From: an uncultured Candidatus Saccharibacteria bacterium
GTDB lineage: Bacteria > Patescibacteriota > Minisyncoccia > UBA6257 > UBA11618
Reading direction: 5' to 3'
Length of the DNA: 64,000 nt
NCBI GenBank assembly: GCA_964373915.1
Contig: CAYJWP010000001.1
Coordinates: forward strand, 51,860-115,859
Below, piece by piece: positions 63,791-64,000 of the stretch; position 1 is the first letter of the stretch, and each line of letters opens with the position of its first letter. The notes under the pieces were generated by a model. The model made no database searches, was not told the DNA's origin, and saw only the letters and a list, made by a program, of their open reading frames with translations. A program made the translations under genes and the position numbers.

Positions 63791-64000
63791 TTATCTGGCA
63801 ACCACTCTAGTTTTTATGGGTAATTTATAACCGGCAAGAGCAAGGGCTTTCTTAGCTCTCTCATCATCGACTCCGTCTAATTCAAAAAGAATTCTTCCGG
63901 GACGAACTGGAAAAACGTATCCCTCAACCGCTCCCTTGCCGCCGCCCATGGTCACCTCCGGCGGCCTTTTAGTTACCGGCTTATCTGGAAAAATTCTAAT
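63791..64000 (-). CDS. rplP: 50S ribosomal protein L16, 3' portion (gene continues beyond the window)
   Basis: Reverse translation gives '...[52 protein letters not shown]'. Confidence 0.85.
   Translation of the reverse strand: MRIFPDKPVTKRPPEVTMGGGKGAVEGYVFPVRPGRILFELDGVDDERAKKALALAGYKLPIKTRVVAR

Noticed and set aside
1-64000. Mobile elements (IS, transposase, integrase, toxin-antitoxin, restriction-modification) and prophage blocks
   Set aside because: None of the translated ORFs show DDE, tyrosine/serine recombinase, HNH, PIN or methyltransferase motifs. Apart from the nuclease-containing stretch at 46954-48922, the window reads as core genome.

Overview
This window reads as a gene-dense, streamlined core-genome segment of a Candidate Phyla Radiation (Patescibacteria/Parcubacteria-like) bacterium. 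TGA is used as a stop codon.

The lineage call rests on four things seen in the sequence. The ribosomal spc/S10-operon tail runs rplP-rpmC-rpsQ-rplN-rplX-rplE-rpsZ-rpsH-rplF-rplR-rpsE-rplO-secY-adk-map with no rpmD (L30). ComEC is split into a competence-domain gene and a separate MBL-domain gene, followed by a lamin-tail-domain protein. Many proteins are shortened (short Obg, PGK, Fmt, DnaX, archaeal-length AspRS). Convergent genes share hairpin terminators that overlap their stop codons.

Most genes are housekeeping:
- Translation: efp, mnmA, aspS, lepA, truncated prfB, fmt, def, gltX, serS, lysS.
- Cell division and envelope: ftsB-like, ftsE, ftsX, mraY, ftsW, murG, alr, FtsQ-like, S11 and M23 peptidases, CtpA.
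- RNA genes: tRNA-Gly(CCC), tRNA-Thr(CGT), two tRNA-Gln (CTG and TTG), and an RNase P RNA with its own promoter and terminator.

The items worth a second look:
1. A stand-alone gene for an indoleamine-2,3-dioxygenase (IDO)-family heme dioxygenase with its own promoter and terminator, unexpected in a CPR genome.
2. An RF2 gene lacking all of domain 1, starting immediately after two tRNA genes.
3. A four-gene cluster of large signal-anchored secreted proteins of unknown function.
4. A secreted protein built from tandem four-cysteine modules.
5. A stand-alone class II aaRS-like catalytic core (AsnA-like).
6. A DsbA/VKOR-like operon carrying one of two paralogous His-rich membrane-anchored proteins.
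7. A ~325-bp structured insert in the spc operon between S8 and L6.
8. Slippage-prone repeats inside coding regions: G8 plus 21-bp repeats in a coiled-coil gene, and (GAATTTC)x4 inside alr.

No CRISPR array, transposase or integrase was found.
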